Assembly: GCA_036655915.1 (NCBI GenBank)
Contig: JAVVPE010000002.1
Coordinates: forward strand, 362-64,361
Origin: Raoultibacter sp.
GTDB lineage: Bacteria > Actinomycetota > Coriobacteriia > Coriobacteriales > Eggerthellaceae
Direction: 5' to 3'
DNA length: 64,000 nt
The notes under the pieces are model-generated. The model was not told where the DNA came from. It saw nothing but the letters and a program-made list of their open reading frames with translations, and made no database searches. A program made the position numbers and the translations under genes. Below, piece by piece: positions 27,644 to 35,734 of the stretch. The first letter of the stretch is position 1. Every line of letters begins with the position of its first letter.

Positions 27644-27670
27644 ACAAAAAAAGACATGCAAGCATGTCTT
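27644..27670 (-). terminator. Rho-independent terminator of tRNA-Ser(TGA)
   Basis: On the minus strand, an AAGACATGC-TT-GCATGTCTT hairpin followed by TTTTTTTG. Confidence 0.8.
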
Positions 27671-27679
27671 TGGTTTGTC

Positions 27680-27770
27680 TGGCGGAGGAGGTAGGATTTG
27701 AACCCACGGGACGGGGTTACCGCCCAACGGTTTTCAAGACCGCCGCCTTAAGCCACTCGACCACTCCTCC
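27680..27770 (-). tRNA. tRNA-Ser (anticodon TGA)
   Basis: Reverse complement GGAGGAGTGGTCGAGTGGCTTAAGGCGGCGGTCTTGAAAACCGTTGGGCGGTAACCCCGTCCCGTGGGTTCAAATCCTACCTCCTCCGCCA. Long variable arm, anticodon loop CTTGAAA. Confidence 0.92.
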
Positions 27771-27838
27771 GTTATGTTGATGCGCTGCGGCGTGTAGGCC
27801 TGCGAAGCGCTTGGAAAAGGATAGCATATAATAGGGGC

Positions 27839-28291
27839 ATGAATGATGAATACTATATGCAGATGGCACTTTCTGAAGCGCGCTTGGCGGGCGCCATCGA
27901 TGAAGTTCCGATTGGGGCCGTCGTTGTCAGGCACGGCGAAGTGCTTGCGCGTGCCCATAATCGGCGCGAAATCGACCGCGATCCGGCTGGTCATGCTGAA
28001 TTTCTGGCAATGAAGGCGGCGGCTGTGGCGCTGGATGCGTGGCGGCTTTCTGGCTGCACCGTGTATGTGACGCTGGAGCCCTGCATCATGTGTGCCGGGC
28101 TTATGCACCAAGCGCGCATTGACCGCTGCGTGTACGGGGCGCCCGACCCCAAAGCGGGCGCGCTGGGTACCTTGTATGCCATCAACGCTGATGAGCGCCT
28201 TAACCACACCTTTGAAGTGACCGGCGGAGTGCTGCAAGAAGCCTGCGGTGGATTGCTCAGCGAGTTTTTCAGAAGAAAGCGAAAGAAATGA
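27839..28291 (+). CDS. tadA: tRNA adenosine(34) deaminase
   Basis: Deaminase zinc motifs HAEFLAM and PCIMCAG. 150 aa. Confidence 0.92.
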   Translation: MNDEYYMQMALSEARLAGAIDEVPIGAVVVRHGEVLARAHNRREIDRDPAGHAEFLAMKAAAVALDAWRLSGCTVYVTLEPCIMCAGLMHQARIDRCVYGAPDPKAGALGTLYAINADERLNHTFEVTGGVLQEACGGLLSEFFRRKRKK

Positions 28292-29301
28292 CCGAAAACG
28301 CACAGGGCGCTTTGCCAAAAAATGAAGTGGTCGATTTGATCGCCCAGGCGGTGGCGACCGATGCCGCTTCTCGGGGGCACGCCCGAACGAATGCCCTCAA
28401 GCTTATCGCGCCCGCAAAAGTTAACCTTGCGTTGGCCATTGGGGGCACGCGCCCCGACGGCTTTCACGATGTCGATACGGTGTTGCATGCCCTGACTTTG
28501 CACGATGTGCTCTATATGCGCCTTTTGCCCGCTGCGGGGGAACAGGAGCGCTTGCAGGTCGATTTGGTGTGCAGTGCCCGTGCTGGCATCGAAGCTTTGA
28601 CCATCGATGCCCAGGATAATCTTGTGGTGCGTGCGGTGAAACTTTTGGCGCATAAGCTGGGGCGCACCAACAACGAACGCATGCAGATTGAGCTTGAAAA
28701 ACACATTCCCGCCATGGCCGGCCTGGGGGGTGGATCTTCTGATGCAGCGGCTGCCCTCTTGGGCGCGGCGCAGCTTTGGGGTGTTGCGCCTGACGCTGCC
28801 CAAGTGCATCAAGCGGCGGCAGAACTGGGCAGTGACGTGCCCTTTTTCCTGCAGGGAGGGTGCGCGCACATGACGGGTCGCGGTGGTGATTTCGTCGCAG
28901 CACTTGAACCGATGAAGTGCCCCGTTGTGCTGGTGAAGCCCGCACAGGGGGTTTCGACGGCGCAGGCCTATCGGGAATTCGATGCAAACCCAGCGCCCAT
29001 TTCTGGGCGGATATCCACGGATTTGCAGCGCGCGGCTAGCGCCGATGAAGTTCCTTCGTTCAACAACCTGACGCAGGCAGCTGAAGTGCTGCTGCCAGAA
29101 TTAGCGACTATTCGTGCGTGGGCGCAGGGTTGCAGCGGTGTGCGCGCGGTGTTGTTGTGCGGCAGCGGATCGGCCACGTTTGTGGTGTGCGAAAACGTCG
29201 ACGCCGCCCTGGCTCTTGCCAGCGAGGCAAAGAAGCGTGGATGGTGGGCGCGTGCGACCTCGTTTTCCACAACGCGCGCCGCCTTGGTGCCCGCGCACTA
29301 G
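28288..29301 (+). CDS. ispE: 4-diphosphocytidyl-2-C-methyl-D-erythritol kinase
   Basis: GHMP kinase motifs KVNLALAIGGTRPDGFH and PAMAGLGGGSSDAAA. ATGA overlap with tadA. Confidence 0.88.
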   Translation: MTENAQGALPKNEVVDLIAQAVATDAASRGHARTNALKLIAPAKVNLALAIGGTRPDGFHDVDTVLHALTLHDVLYMRLLPAAGEQERLQVDLVCSARAGIEALTIDAQDNLVVRAVKLLAHKLGRTNNERMQIELEKHIPAMAGLGGGSSDAAAALLGAAQLWGVAPDAAQVHQAAAELGSDVPFFLQGGCAHMTGRGGDFVAALEPMKCPVVLVKPAQGVSTAQAYREFDANPAPISGRISTDLQRAASADEVPSFNNLTQAAEVLLPELATIRAWAQGCSGVRAVLLCGSGSATFVVCENVDAALALASEAKKRGWWARATSFSTTRAALVPAH

Positions 29302-29353
29302 AGTGCTCGCGTGCGCACCAATCCTCACTATTCATAGCCCAATCTATGAGTAA

Positions 29354-29389
29354 CTTTACGATTTGGCTCGTTTCTGCTTTACGATTTGG
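29354..29389 (+). promoter_or_regulatory. 13-bp perfect direct repeat upstream of lemA
   Basis: CTTTACGATTTGG at 29354-29366 and at 29377-29389 (23-bp period), 60-95 bp upstream of the lemA ATG. Confidence 0.3.
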
Positions 29390-29448
29390 TAGCTACTGAA
29401 TGCGCCAAAGGGTGGTAAAATACCCTCATCTACGGCGATGGGAGAAAT

Positions 29449-30003
29449 ATGAGTATCGGCATTATTATTGTTCTTGTAATTGTGGTTGTTTTGGTTGTTG
29501 CAGCTATTGCGCTGTATAACAACCTGGTCAAGCTGCGCAACATGGTGGATAACGCCTGGGCGCAGATCGACGTGCAGCTGCAGCGGCGCATCGATTTGAT
29601 TCCCAATTTGGTGGAAACGGTCAAAGGGTATGCGGCGCACGAATCGGGCACGCTGCAAAAGGTGACCGAGGCGCGCACAGCCTGCATGAACGCCACAACG
29701 CCCGAAGGCAAGATGGCGGCCGACAACATCTTGACCGACGCGCTGAAAAGCCTTTTTGCGGTTTCTGAAGCTTACCCCGATTTGAAGGCAAGCCAAAATT
29801 TCCAGCAGTTGCAAACGGAATTGGCCAACACCGAAGACAAAATTTCCTACATGCGCCAAAGCTTCAACGATACGGTGATGAAGTTCAACACCGCCATCCA
29901 AACGTTTCCTGCCGTGTTGTTTGCGGGCATGATGGGCTTTAAGCCGCGTGAAAGCTTCGATGCGCAAGCGGGTGCCGAAGTGGCACCTCAGGTGCAGTTC
30001 TAA
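29449..30003 (+). CDS. lemA: LemA family protein
   Basis: N-terminal TM helix, then LYNNLVKLRN...AWAQIDVQLQRRIDLIPNLVETVKGYA, characteristic of LemA. Confidence 0.9.
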   Translation: MSIGIIIVLVIVVVLVVAAIALYNNLVKLRNMVDNAWAQIDVQLQRRIDLIPNLVETVKGYAAHESGTLQKVTEARTACMNATTPEGKMAADNILTDALKSLFAVSEAYPDLKASQNFQQLQTELANTEDKISYMRQSFNDTVMKFNTAIQTFPAVLFAGMMGFKPRESFDAQAGAEVAPQVQF

Positions 30004-30020
30004 CATTTTGGGCAAAGAAA

Positions 30021-30040
30021 AAGCCCCCGTAAGGGGGCTT
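30021..30040. terminator. Bidirectional hairpin terminator between lemA and tRNA-Ser(GCT)
   Basis: AAGCCCCC-GTAA-GGGGGCTT stem, with an A-run before it and a T-run on the minus strand. Confidence 0.7.
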
Positions 30041-30050
30041 GGGGATTACG

Positions 30051-30141
30051 TGGCGGAGAGCTGGGGATTTGAACCCCAGATACGCTTGTGGCGTATACTC
30101 GCTTAGCAGGCGAGCACCTTCGGCCGCTCGGTCAGCTCTCC
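30051..30141 (-). tRNA. tRNA-Ser (anticodon GCT)
   Basis: Reverse complement GGAGAGCTGACCGAGCGGCCGAAGGTGCTCGCCTGCTAAGCGAG...GGGGTTCAAATCCCCAGCTCTCCGCCA. Long variable arm, anticodon loop CTGCTAA. Confidence 0.92.
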
Positions 30142-30278
30142 GTAAAAATAAGTGCGGTTTGCAATGATACCGTGATAAAGACCATCTTGCAAGGAGGACA
30201 ACCGTGCAAAACATAGGGCATCCGCAAATGCGTGGTGAACATCGAGTATTTCAGGGGTTTTTACCCCACCATTCCCGT

Positions 30279-32243
30279 ATGCGGCAGGCATTTTTCTTGT
30301 TTGTGGTGTGTCTGTGCGTAAGCATTGTGGCGCTTGCGGTGCAACCCGGGGCGGCCTATGCCAAAAGTTACGACATGTCGCAGGTGGATATTGCGGCGCA
30401 GGTGAATACGGACGGGTCGCTGCACGTAACCGAACAGCGCACCTTTGAATTCAAAGGTGATTTTACGGCGGTATGGTTTGTGGTCAACCCGCCTTTCGGG
30501 GGCGAACTCAAGGTAAATTCGGTTCAGGTATCCGACCCGGCTTTGGCTGCGGCGGGGCAGGCGGCAGCCCCTGTTGCCCTGAAAGAAACCTCCTTTGACC
30601 TTAAGTGGCGCGATGCGGGCGGCCCTGGTTTTGATAGCTATTCGGTCGATGCGCCCAAAAACACCACCTACGTCTTTTTTAATGTATCGGACGCCTCGCG
30701 CGTTATCACCATCGATTACACCGTCACAAACGCCATCGGCGCCTACAAAGATGTGGGGGAATTGTACTGGCAATATGTGGGCACGGCCTGGGAAGAAGCT
30801 TCCCACAATGTTGCGATGACGGTCAGTTTGCCCGTGCCGGTGAACACGGTGGTAACGCCGGGCGAAAATGTGCGCGCCTGGGGGCACGGACCGCTTGATG
30901 GCAAGATCGCCGTGGGCACCGATGGTGTGCTTTCCTATCAGGTGGCGCAGGTAAATGCGGGGCAGTACGCCGAAGCGCGTGCGGTTTTCCCCGTGGCCTG
31001 GCTGACGAATATCCCAGCGAAAACCAAGGCGCTGCATCAGGACGAAATGCATCTTGATCAGGTGCTTGCAGATGAAAAAAACTGGGCTGACCAGGCAAAT
31101 CAGCAACGCACTACCTCGCTTGTCTTCGTGATTGCCTGCGGCATTATTGCGGTTTTGGTGCTGGTGTGGGCGCTGCTTATGTTTGCGCGTCATGGCAGGG
31201 AACACAAGCCGACCTTTAGCAATCCGTATTGGCGCGATGTGCCTTCGCCCGCGCATCACCCGGCCGAAATGGGCCGGCTGTGGCGCTGGGATAAGGAAAG
31301 CCAGGATGATTTTGTGGCGACGATCATGCATCTGTCGCATGTGGGTGCCCTACAGATCAACCAGGGCAGCTACCAGGTGAAAAAGGCGTTTGGCACCACA
31401 AAAACGGTGGATGATTATTCCCTGACACGCGTGGCTTCTGTGGCCAATGCGCTTCAAAGTCCCCTTGATGTGCAGGCGATGGAGCTGCTGTTTGGCACCA
31501 TTTCAAGCGATGGCGAATCGCTGTGGATGGGGTCGATCAAAGAATACGGCAAAGATAACCCCGAAGCATTTTTGGAAGCCATGAGTGCGTGGCAAGGCGC
31601 GCTTTCCGCGGCTATTATGAAGGATGATTTCTTCGAAGCGAAGGGGCAAAAACTACAGCTTACCATGGCGATTGTGGCGGCAGTTTTGCTGGTGTGCGGC
31701 GTGGGTGCTTTCTTCTTCATGGGCAATTTCCTCCCGCTTATTTTTGCTGCGCCCGTGGCGGTTATCGTGTTTGTGCTATCCAACTTTATGCCACGCAGAA
31801 GCCAAGGCGGTGTCGATCTAAACGCGCGTTGCGAAGCGCTACGCGACTGGTTGAAGGATTTTTCAAGCCTGGATGAACGCCCGCCAACCGATGTGAAAGT
31901 GTGGGGCGAATTCATGGTGTACGCCTATTTGTTTGGCGTTGCCGACCAAGCTATCAAGAATCTTAAAAATACGGTGCCTGAAATTTTTGAAGCCGACGGC
32001 ACCATGGCAAGCAGTGTTACCTATGTGCCCTGGTGGTTCTGGTATAGCCCGGCTTACGGCGCCAGTGGATCGGTCATGCCGGCAGCCAGTGATTTTCTGG
32101 GGTCGGCCATGGAAAGCACGGCCTCCACGGCTGCGGCGGCGCTTTCTGCGGCGCAGGACAACTTCAGCAGCGGCGGCGGCATGGGTGGCGGCTTTTCCAT
32201 GGGCGGCGGTGGTGGTTTCGGCGGCGGCGGCGGCGCCCGGTAA
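30279..32243 (+). CDS. DUF2207-type membrane protein (LemA partner) with a Gly-rich C-terminus
   Basis: Start at ATG 30279 gives signal/anchor MRQAFFLFVVCLCVSIVALAVQPGAAYA. Central TM segments. C-terminus SGGGMGGGFSMGGGGGFGGGGGAR. Its position after lemA is the usual pairing. Confidence 0.8.
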   Translation: MRQAFFLFVVCLCVSIVALAVQPGAAYAKSYDMSQVDIAAQVNTDGSLHVTEQRTFEFKGDFTAVWFVVNPPFGGELKVNSVQVSDPALAAAGQAAAPVALKETSFDLKWRDAGGPGFDSYSVDAPKNTTYVFFNVSDASRVITIDYTVTNAIGAYKDVGELYWQYVGTAWEEASHNVAMTVSLPVPVNTVVTPGENVRAWGHGPLDGKIAVGTDGVLSYQVAQVNAGQYAEARAVFPVAWLTNIPAKTKALHQDEMHLDQVLADEKNWADQANQQRTTSLVFVIACGIIAVLVLVWALLMFARHGREHKPTFSNPYWRDVPSPAHHPAEMGRLWRWDKESQDDFVATIMHLSHVGALQINQGSYQVKKAFGTTKTVDDYSLTRVASVANALQSPLDVQAMELLFGTISSDGESLWMGSIKEYGKDNPEAFLEAMSAWQGALSAAIMKDDFFEAKGQKLQLTMAIVAAVLLVCGVGAFFFMGNFLPLIFAAPVAVIVFVLSNFMPRRSQGGVDLNARCEALRDWLKDFSSLDERPPTDVKVWGEFMVYAYLFGVADQAIKNLKNTVPEIFEADGTMASSVTYVPWWFWYSPAYGASGSVMPAASDFLGSAMESTASTAAAALSAAQDNFSSGGGMGGGFSMGGGGGFGGGGGAR

Positions 32244-32244
32244 C

Positions 32245-32392
32245 CAACCTGACGGCGGGCTGTGGCGGCCAGCTAGGCGTTCAAGCCTTTCGCGGCTTTC
32301 GTGCGCGTACGTGAGTACGCTTACTTCAAGCAGCTCGGTCTTTCACGCCTATCTGACTCACCACAGACCGCCTGTCGTTGCCGTTGTTGCTT
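32245..32392 (+). repeat. Copy A of a ~148-nt structured intergenic repeat
   Basis: Starts CAACCTGACGGCG two nt after the DUF2207 stop. Shares the core TTCAAGCC..TTTCGTGCGCGTAC..GAGTACGCTTACTTCAAGC..GTCTTTCACGC with copies B and C. Confidence 0.85.
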
Positions 32393-32540
32393 CAACCTGA
32401 CGGCGCGCCCTGGTGGGCATATAACCGTTCAAGCCTCTCGTTGCTTTCGTGCGCGTACAGGGAGTACGCTTACTTCAAGCTCCTCGGTCTTTCACGCTTA
32501 TCTGCTCCGCCAGGACGTGCCTGCCTCTGTCATCGTTGCT
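32393..32540 (+). repeat. Copy B of the ~148-nt structured repeat (tandem to A)
   Basis: Starts with the same CAACCTGACGGCG. Nearly identical to copy C at 41207. A third CAACCTG boundary lies at 32541. Confidence 0.85.
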
Positions 32541-32644
32541 CAACCTGCGGGCGCGCGTGACCGGCGCTGCGCGCGGGCGGGCGGGGGTTGTGTGTTTGTG
32601 CTGCGGTGGGGGGTTTTCGGCGGTGGGGGGCTGCTTTATACTGA

Positions 32645-33580
32645 GTGGCTATGGCTGCGCGGACACACATATTTGCTGAAATTCCCGCATGGGTGTATAA
32701 GGTCATGCTGCTTAGTGCGGCGGCCATCTGGGGTTTAAGCTTTATCACTATGAAGGATGCCGTGGGTATTATGCCTCCGGCTTATCTGATTGGCGTGCGG
32801 TTTTTAGCCACGGGTGTTATTTTGGCGCTTGTGTTTCAAAAGCGGCTGCGCGCCCATTTTAATAAGCAGCATTTGGCGGCGGGCGCTACCTTGGGCGTGT
32901 TTTTGTTTCTGGGTTTTTGGGTGCAAACGATTGGGCTGGCCGATACAACGCCCGGGAAAAACGCGTTTTTAACGGCAACGTATTGCGTGTTAGTGCCCTT
33001 CTTTTTCTGGCTCATTATGCGCAAGCGGCCCAGCGTTTACAACGTAATCGCGGCGGCGCTGTGCATCGGCGGCATTGGTTTGGTGTCGCTGCAAGGGTCG
33101 CTGGCCATAGGGTTCGGCGATTTTATGACGCTGGTTAGCGCCATCTTCTTTGCCATTCACATCGTGTATGTGTCGAAGCTTTCCCAAAAAAACGACATCT
33201 TGGTTATGACGGTGTATCAGTTTTTGGTGGGCGGCGCCTGCGGCATGCTCATGGGCGCAAGCTTTGAAGTGTGGCCGGCGGCTTCGGCGTTCACGCTCGA
33301 TTTTTTCTGGGACATGGCCTACATCGTACTCTTGGCATCCTGTGTGGCGCTGGTGTTCCAAAACGTCGGCTTGGCTCACGTGCCGCCGGCGCAGGGCGCG
33401 CTTTTCCTTAGCCTGGAATCGGTGTTTGGCGTGGCGTTTTCCGTGATGCTTTATGGTGAAGAATTGAGCCTTCAACTCATTTTTGGTTTCCTACTGATTT
33501 TTGTTGCTATAGTGGTCAGCGAAACATTTCCGTTGAAGGAGGTTCCATGGCATCGCAAAAAGGTAACATCATCCTCATAG
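32645..33580 (+). CDS. EamA/DMT family transporter
   Basis: About 10 TM helices and two EamA-like halves. GTG 32645 or ATG 32651 as start. TATACT at 32637-32642 suggests a very short leader or none. Confidence 0.8.
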   Translation: MAMAARTHIFAEIPAWVYKVMLLSAAAIWGLSFITMKDAVGIMPPAYLIGVRFLATGVILALVFQKRLRAHFNKQHLAAGATLGVFLFLGFWVQTIGLADTTPGKNAFLTATYCVLVPFFFWLIMRKRPSVYNVIAAALCIGGIGLVSLQGSLAIGFGDFMTLVSAIFFAIHIVYVSKLSQKNDILVMTVYQFLVGGACGMLMGASFEVWPAASAFTLDFFWDMAYIVLLASCVALVFQNVGLAHVPPAQGALFLSLESVFGVAFSVMLYGEELSLQLIFGFLLIFVAIVVSETFPLKEVPWHRKKVTSSS

Positions 33581-34056
33581 GCATGCCCGGTGCGGGCAAA
33601 TCCACGCTGGGTATCGTGCTGGCGAAGATTCTTAACTACAACTTTATCGATGCCGACCTGGTCATTCAAAACCAGTGCGACAAGACGCTGCAAAAGTTGA
33701 TTGATGCCTGCGGTCCTGAGGGCTTCATCGAAGTGGAAAACAATATCCTGTGCGATTTGCAGGCGGAACACAGCATCGTCGCCACGGGCGGGTCCGCCGT
33801 GTATTCCGACGCCGCCATGGCGCATTTGACCGAAATCGGCACGGTGGTGTACCTGAAAATATCGTACAAGCAGCTGGTGCAACGCTTGAGCGACTTACAG
33901 CAGCGCGGCGTGGTCATGAAAGAGGGCATCGGCATGAGCCTGCAAGACCTCTACGACGAACGCCGCCCCCTCTACGAAAAATTTGCCGAAATCACTATCG
34001 ACGTGGACGACCTGTCCATCACGGCAGCCGCCAGAAAAGTCGCTGACGCCCTGTAA
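33547..34056 (+). CDS. aroK: Shikimate kinase
   Basis: P-loop GMPGAGKSTLG, FIDADLVIQ, and ATGGSAVY in place of the usual GGG motif. 169 aa. Confidence 0.88.
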   Translation: MASQKGNIILIGMPGAGKSTLGIVLAKILNYNFIDADLVIQNQCDKTLQKLIDACGPEGFIEVENNILCDLQAEHSIVATGGSAVYSDAAMAHLTEIGTVVYLKISYKQLVQRLSDLQQRGVVMKEGIGMSLQDLYDERRPLYEKFAEITIDVDDLSITAAARKVADAL

Positions 34057-34059
34057 GGC

Positions 34060-35565
34060 CTAGCGCTTATCCAATGCGTCGATGGGCGGGGTGTCCCAGT
34101 CGTCTCCGGGCAGGCGTGGGTCCATGGCTTCTTCGTTGCCATCGGCGGCACGCAGGCGTGCGAAGTAGTCGCGCGTTTCCTGCACAACCACGCCCGAAAG
34201 CGCAATAAGTGCAATCATATTGGGAATGGCCATAAGGCCGTTGAAGATGTCGGCGATGGTCCACACGGCGGCCACGGTCATATATGGCCCGATGAACACG
34301 GCGGCAATGTAGAGCCAGCGGTAAACCTGCACGCTTTTCATATTACCGTTGCTGAAGTATTCCAGGCAGCGTTCGCCGTAATAATCCCAGCCCAAAATGG
34401 TGGTAAAGCCAAACAGCACCAGGCACAGCATTAAAATAAACGCCACAATATCGGCGGGGATGAAGGGCAGCCCTGCTTGGAAGGCTGCGGTGGTGATGGC
34501 GGCACCTTCCAGCCCGGGCGTCAGATAGGCACCCGTCATAACCAACGCCAGGCCGGTCATCGAACACACGACGATGGTGTCCAAAAAGGTGCCCGTCATA
34601 GAAACAAGACCCTGGCGCACCGGTTCTTTTGTTTGAGCGGCCGCCGCGGCGATAGGGGCTGATCCCAGGCCGGCTTCGTTGGAAAAGATGCCGCGGGCGA
34701 TACCTTTCTGCATGGCAATCATGATAGCTCCCAGCGCACCGCCCGCAACTGCCTGCAGGCCAAAGGCGCTTTGGAAAATGGTGGCAAAGGCGCCGGGCAA
34801 CTTGTCTAGGTTGAAGAAGATAAGCATGAGCGAAAAGCCCACGTAAAGCACGACCATCAAGGGGATGATGCGCTCAGAAACGCTTGCGATGCGCTTGAGC
34901 CCGCCGATAACCACCAGGCCAACGGTAACAGCTAGCACCAGGCTGCCGATGACAGTGGCCAGGGAATAATCCATGCCCAGAAGCGAAACGGTGGCAGCTT
35001 TGTCGGGGTCGAAAAAGCCGGTGATGGCGCCCGAAATGGAATTTACCTGCGTAAACGTGCCGATGCCAAACAGCCCCACGCACATGCCGAAAAAGGCAAA
35101 CACCTTGGCAAGCCAGCGCCACTTTATGCCCATGCCGCGCTCGATGTAGTAAAACGGTCCGCCCAAAACGTGGCCGGTTTCTTTATTCAAACTGCGATAT
35201 TTTACCGCCAACAGGCCTTCAGAATACTTGGTAGCCATGCCAAACAGCGCCGCCAACCACATCCAAAACAGGGCGCCCGGGCCGCCCGCACACACGGCGG
35301 TTGCCACGCCCACAATGTTTCCCGTGCCGATGGTGGCCGAAAGCGCCGTGCACAGCGCAGCGAAACTGGTCACTTCGCCCGTGCCGTCCTTTTCATTTTT
35401 CAGCATATAGCGCAGCGCACGCGGCAGCTGGCTAAACTGCATACCACGCAGGCGCACGGTCAGCAAAATGCCGCCGCATAAAATCAAAGCGATAAGGGGA
35501 ATGCCCCAGATAAAATCATCGATTGCTACTAAAAAAGTGTTGATGGCGCCAAAAACCGATTCCAC
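34060..35565 (-). CDS. Alanine/glycine:cation symporter (AGCS family)
   Basis: 501 aa, polytopic. Family motifs TSFAALCTALSATIGTGNIVGVATAV and GGPGALFWMW. Confidence 0.88.
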   Translation of the reverse strand: MESVFGAINTFLVAIDDFIWGIPLIALILCGGILLTVRLRGMQFSQLPRALRYMLKNEKDGTGEVTSFAALCTALSATIGTGNIVGVATAVCAGGPGALFWMWLAALFGMATKYSEGLLAVKYRSLNKETGHVLGGPFYYIERGMGIKWRWLAKVFAFFGMCVGLFGIGTFTQVNSISGAITGFFDPDKAATVSLLGMDYSLATVIGSLVLAVTVGLVVIGGLKRIASVSERIIPLMVVLYVGFSLMLIFFNLDKLPGAFATIFQSAFGLQAVAGGALGAIMIAMQKGIARGIFSNEAGLGSAPIAAAAAQTKEPVRQGLVSMTGTFLDTIVVCSMTGLALVMTGAYLTPGLEGAAITTAAFQAGLPFIPADIVAFILMLCLVLFGFTTILGWDYYGERCLEYFSNGNMKSVQVYRWLYIAAVFIGPYMTVAAVWTIADIFNGLMAIPNMIALIALSGVVVQETRDYFARLRAADGNEEAMDPRLPGDDWDTPPIDALDKR

Positions 35566-35591
35566 AGGAAAGCCTTTCGTTCATGGTTAAG

Positions 35592-35667
35592 TGGTGCCCC
35601 CGAGCCGATTCGAACGGCCGGCACATGGTTTAGGAAACCATTGCTCTATCCCCTGAGCTACGGAGGC
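35592..35667 (-). tRNA. tRNA-Arg (anticodon CCT)
   Basis: Reverse complement GCCTCCGTAGCTCAGGGGATAGAGCAATGGTTTCCTAAACCATGTGCCGGCCGTTCGAATCGGCTCGGGGGCACCA. Anticodon loop TTCCTAA. Confidence 0.9.
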
Positions 35668-35734
35668 ACTGCAGACAAGCGCATACGCGCACGGGTTATT
35701 CTACCATTGCCGAAGCCCCCGTGAGGAAGAAATC

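Noticed and set aside
30261-31340. 359-aa minus-strand ORF inside the DUF2207 gene
   Set aside because: It is antisense to a gene with signal peptide, TM and Gly-tail architecture. Its Arg/His-rich low-complexity translation has no motif.
32245-32540. Possible CRISPR array
   Set aside because: The units are about 148 bp and directly abutting with no unique spacers. No cas genes are present, and a dispersed single copy lies at 41207. This is not CRISPR architecture.
32571-32630. G-run tract (GGG-C-GGG-C-GGGGG ... GGGGGG ... GGGGGG) as a G-quadruplex upstream of the EamA gene
   Set aside because: The loops between the third, fourth and fifth runs are 20 and 11 nt, so the canonical G3+N1-7 pattern is not met. 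There is no supporting evidence, so it is noted only as compositional.
32301-32748. Several 60-145-aa ORFs on both strands across the repeat array and the G-rich spacer
   Set aside because: They run through tandem repeat units and a G-rich tract. Their translations are Arg/Cys/Ser-rich and the frames are not preserved between repeat copies.
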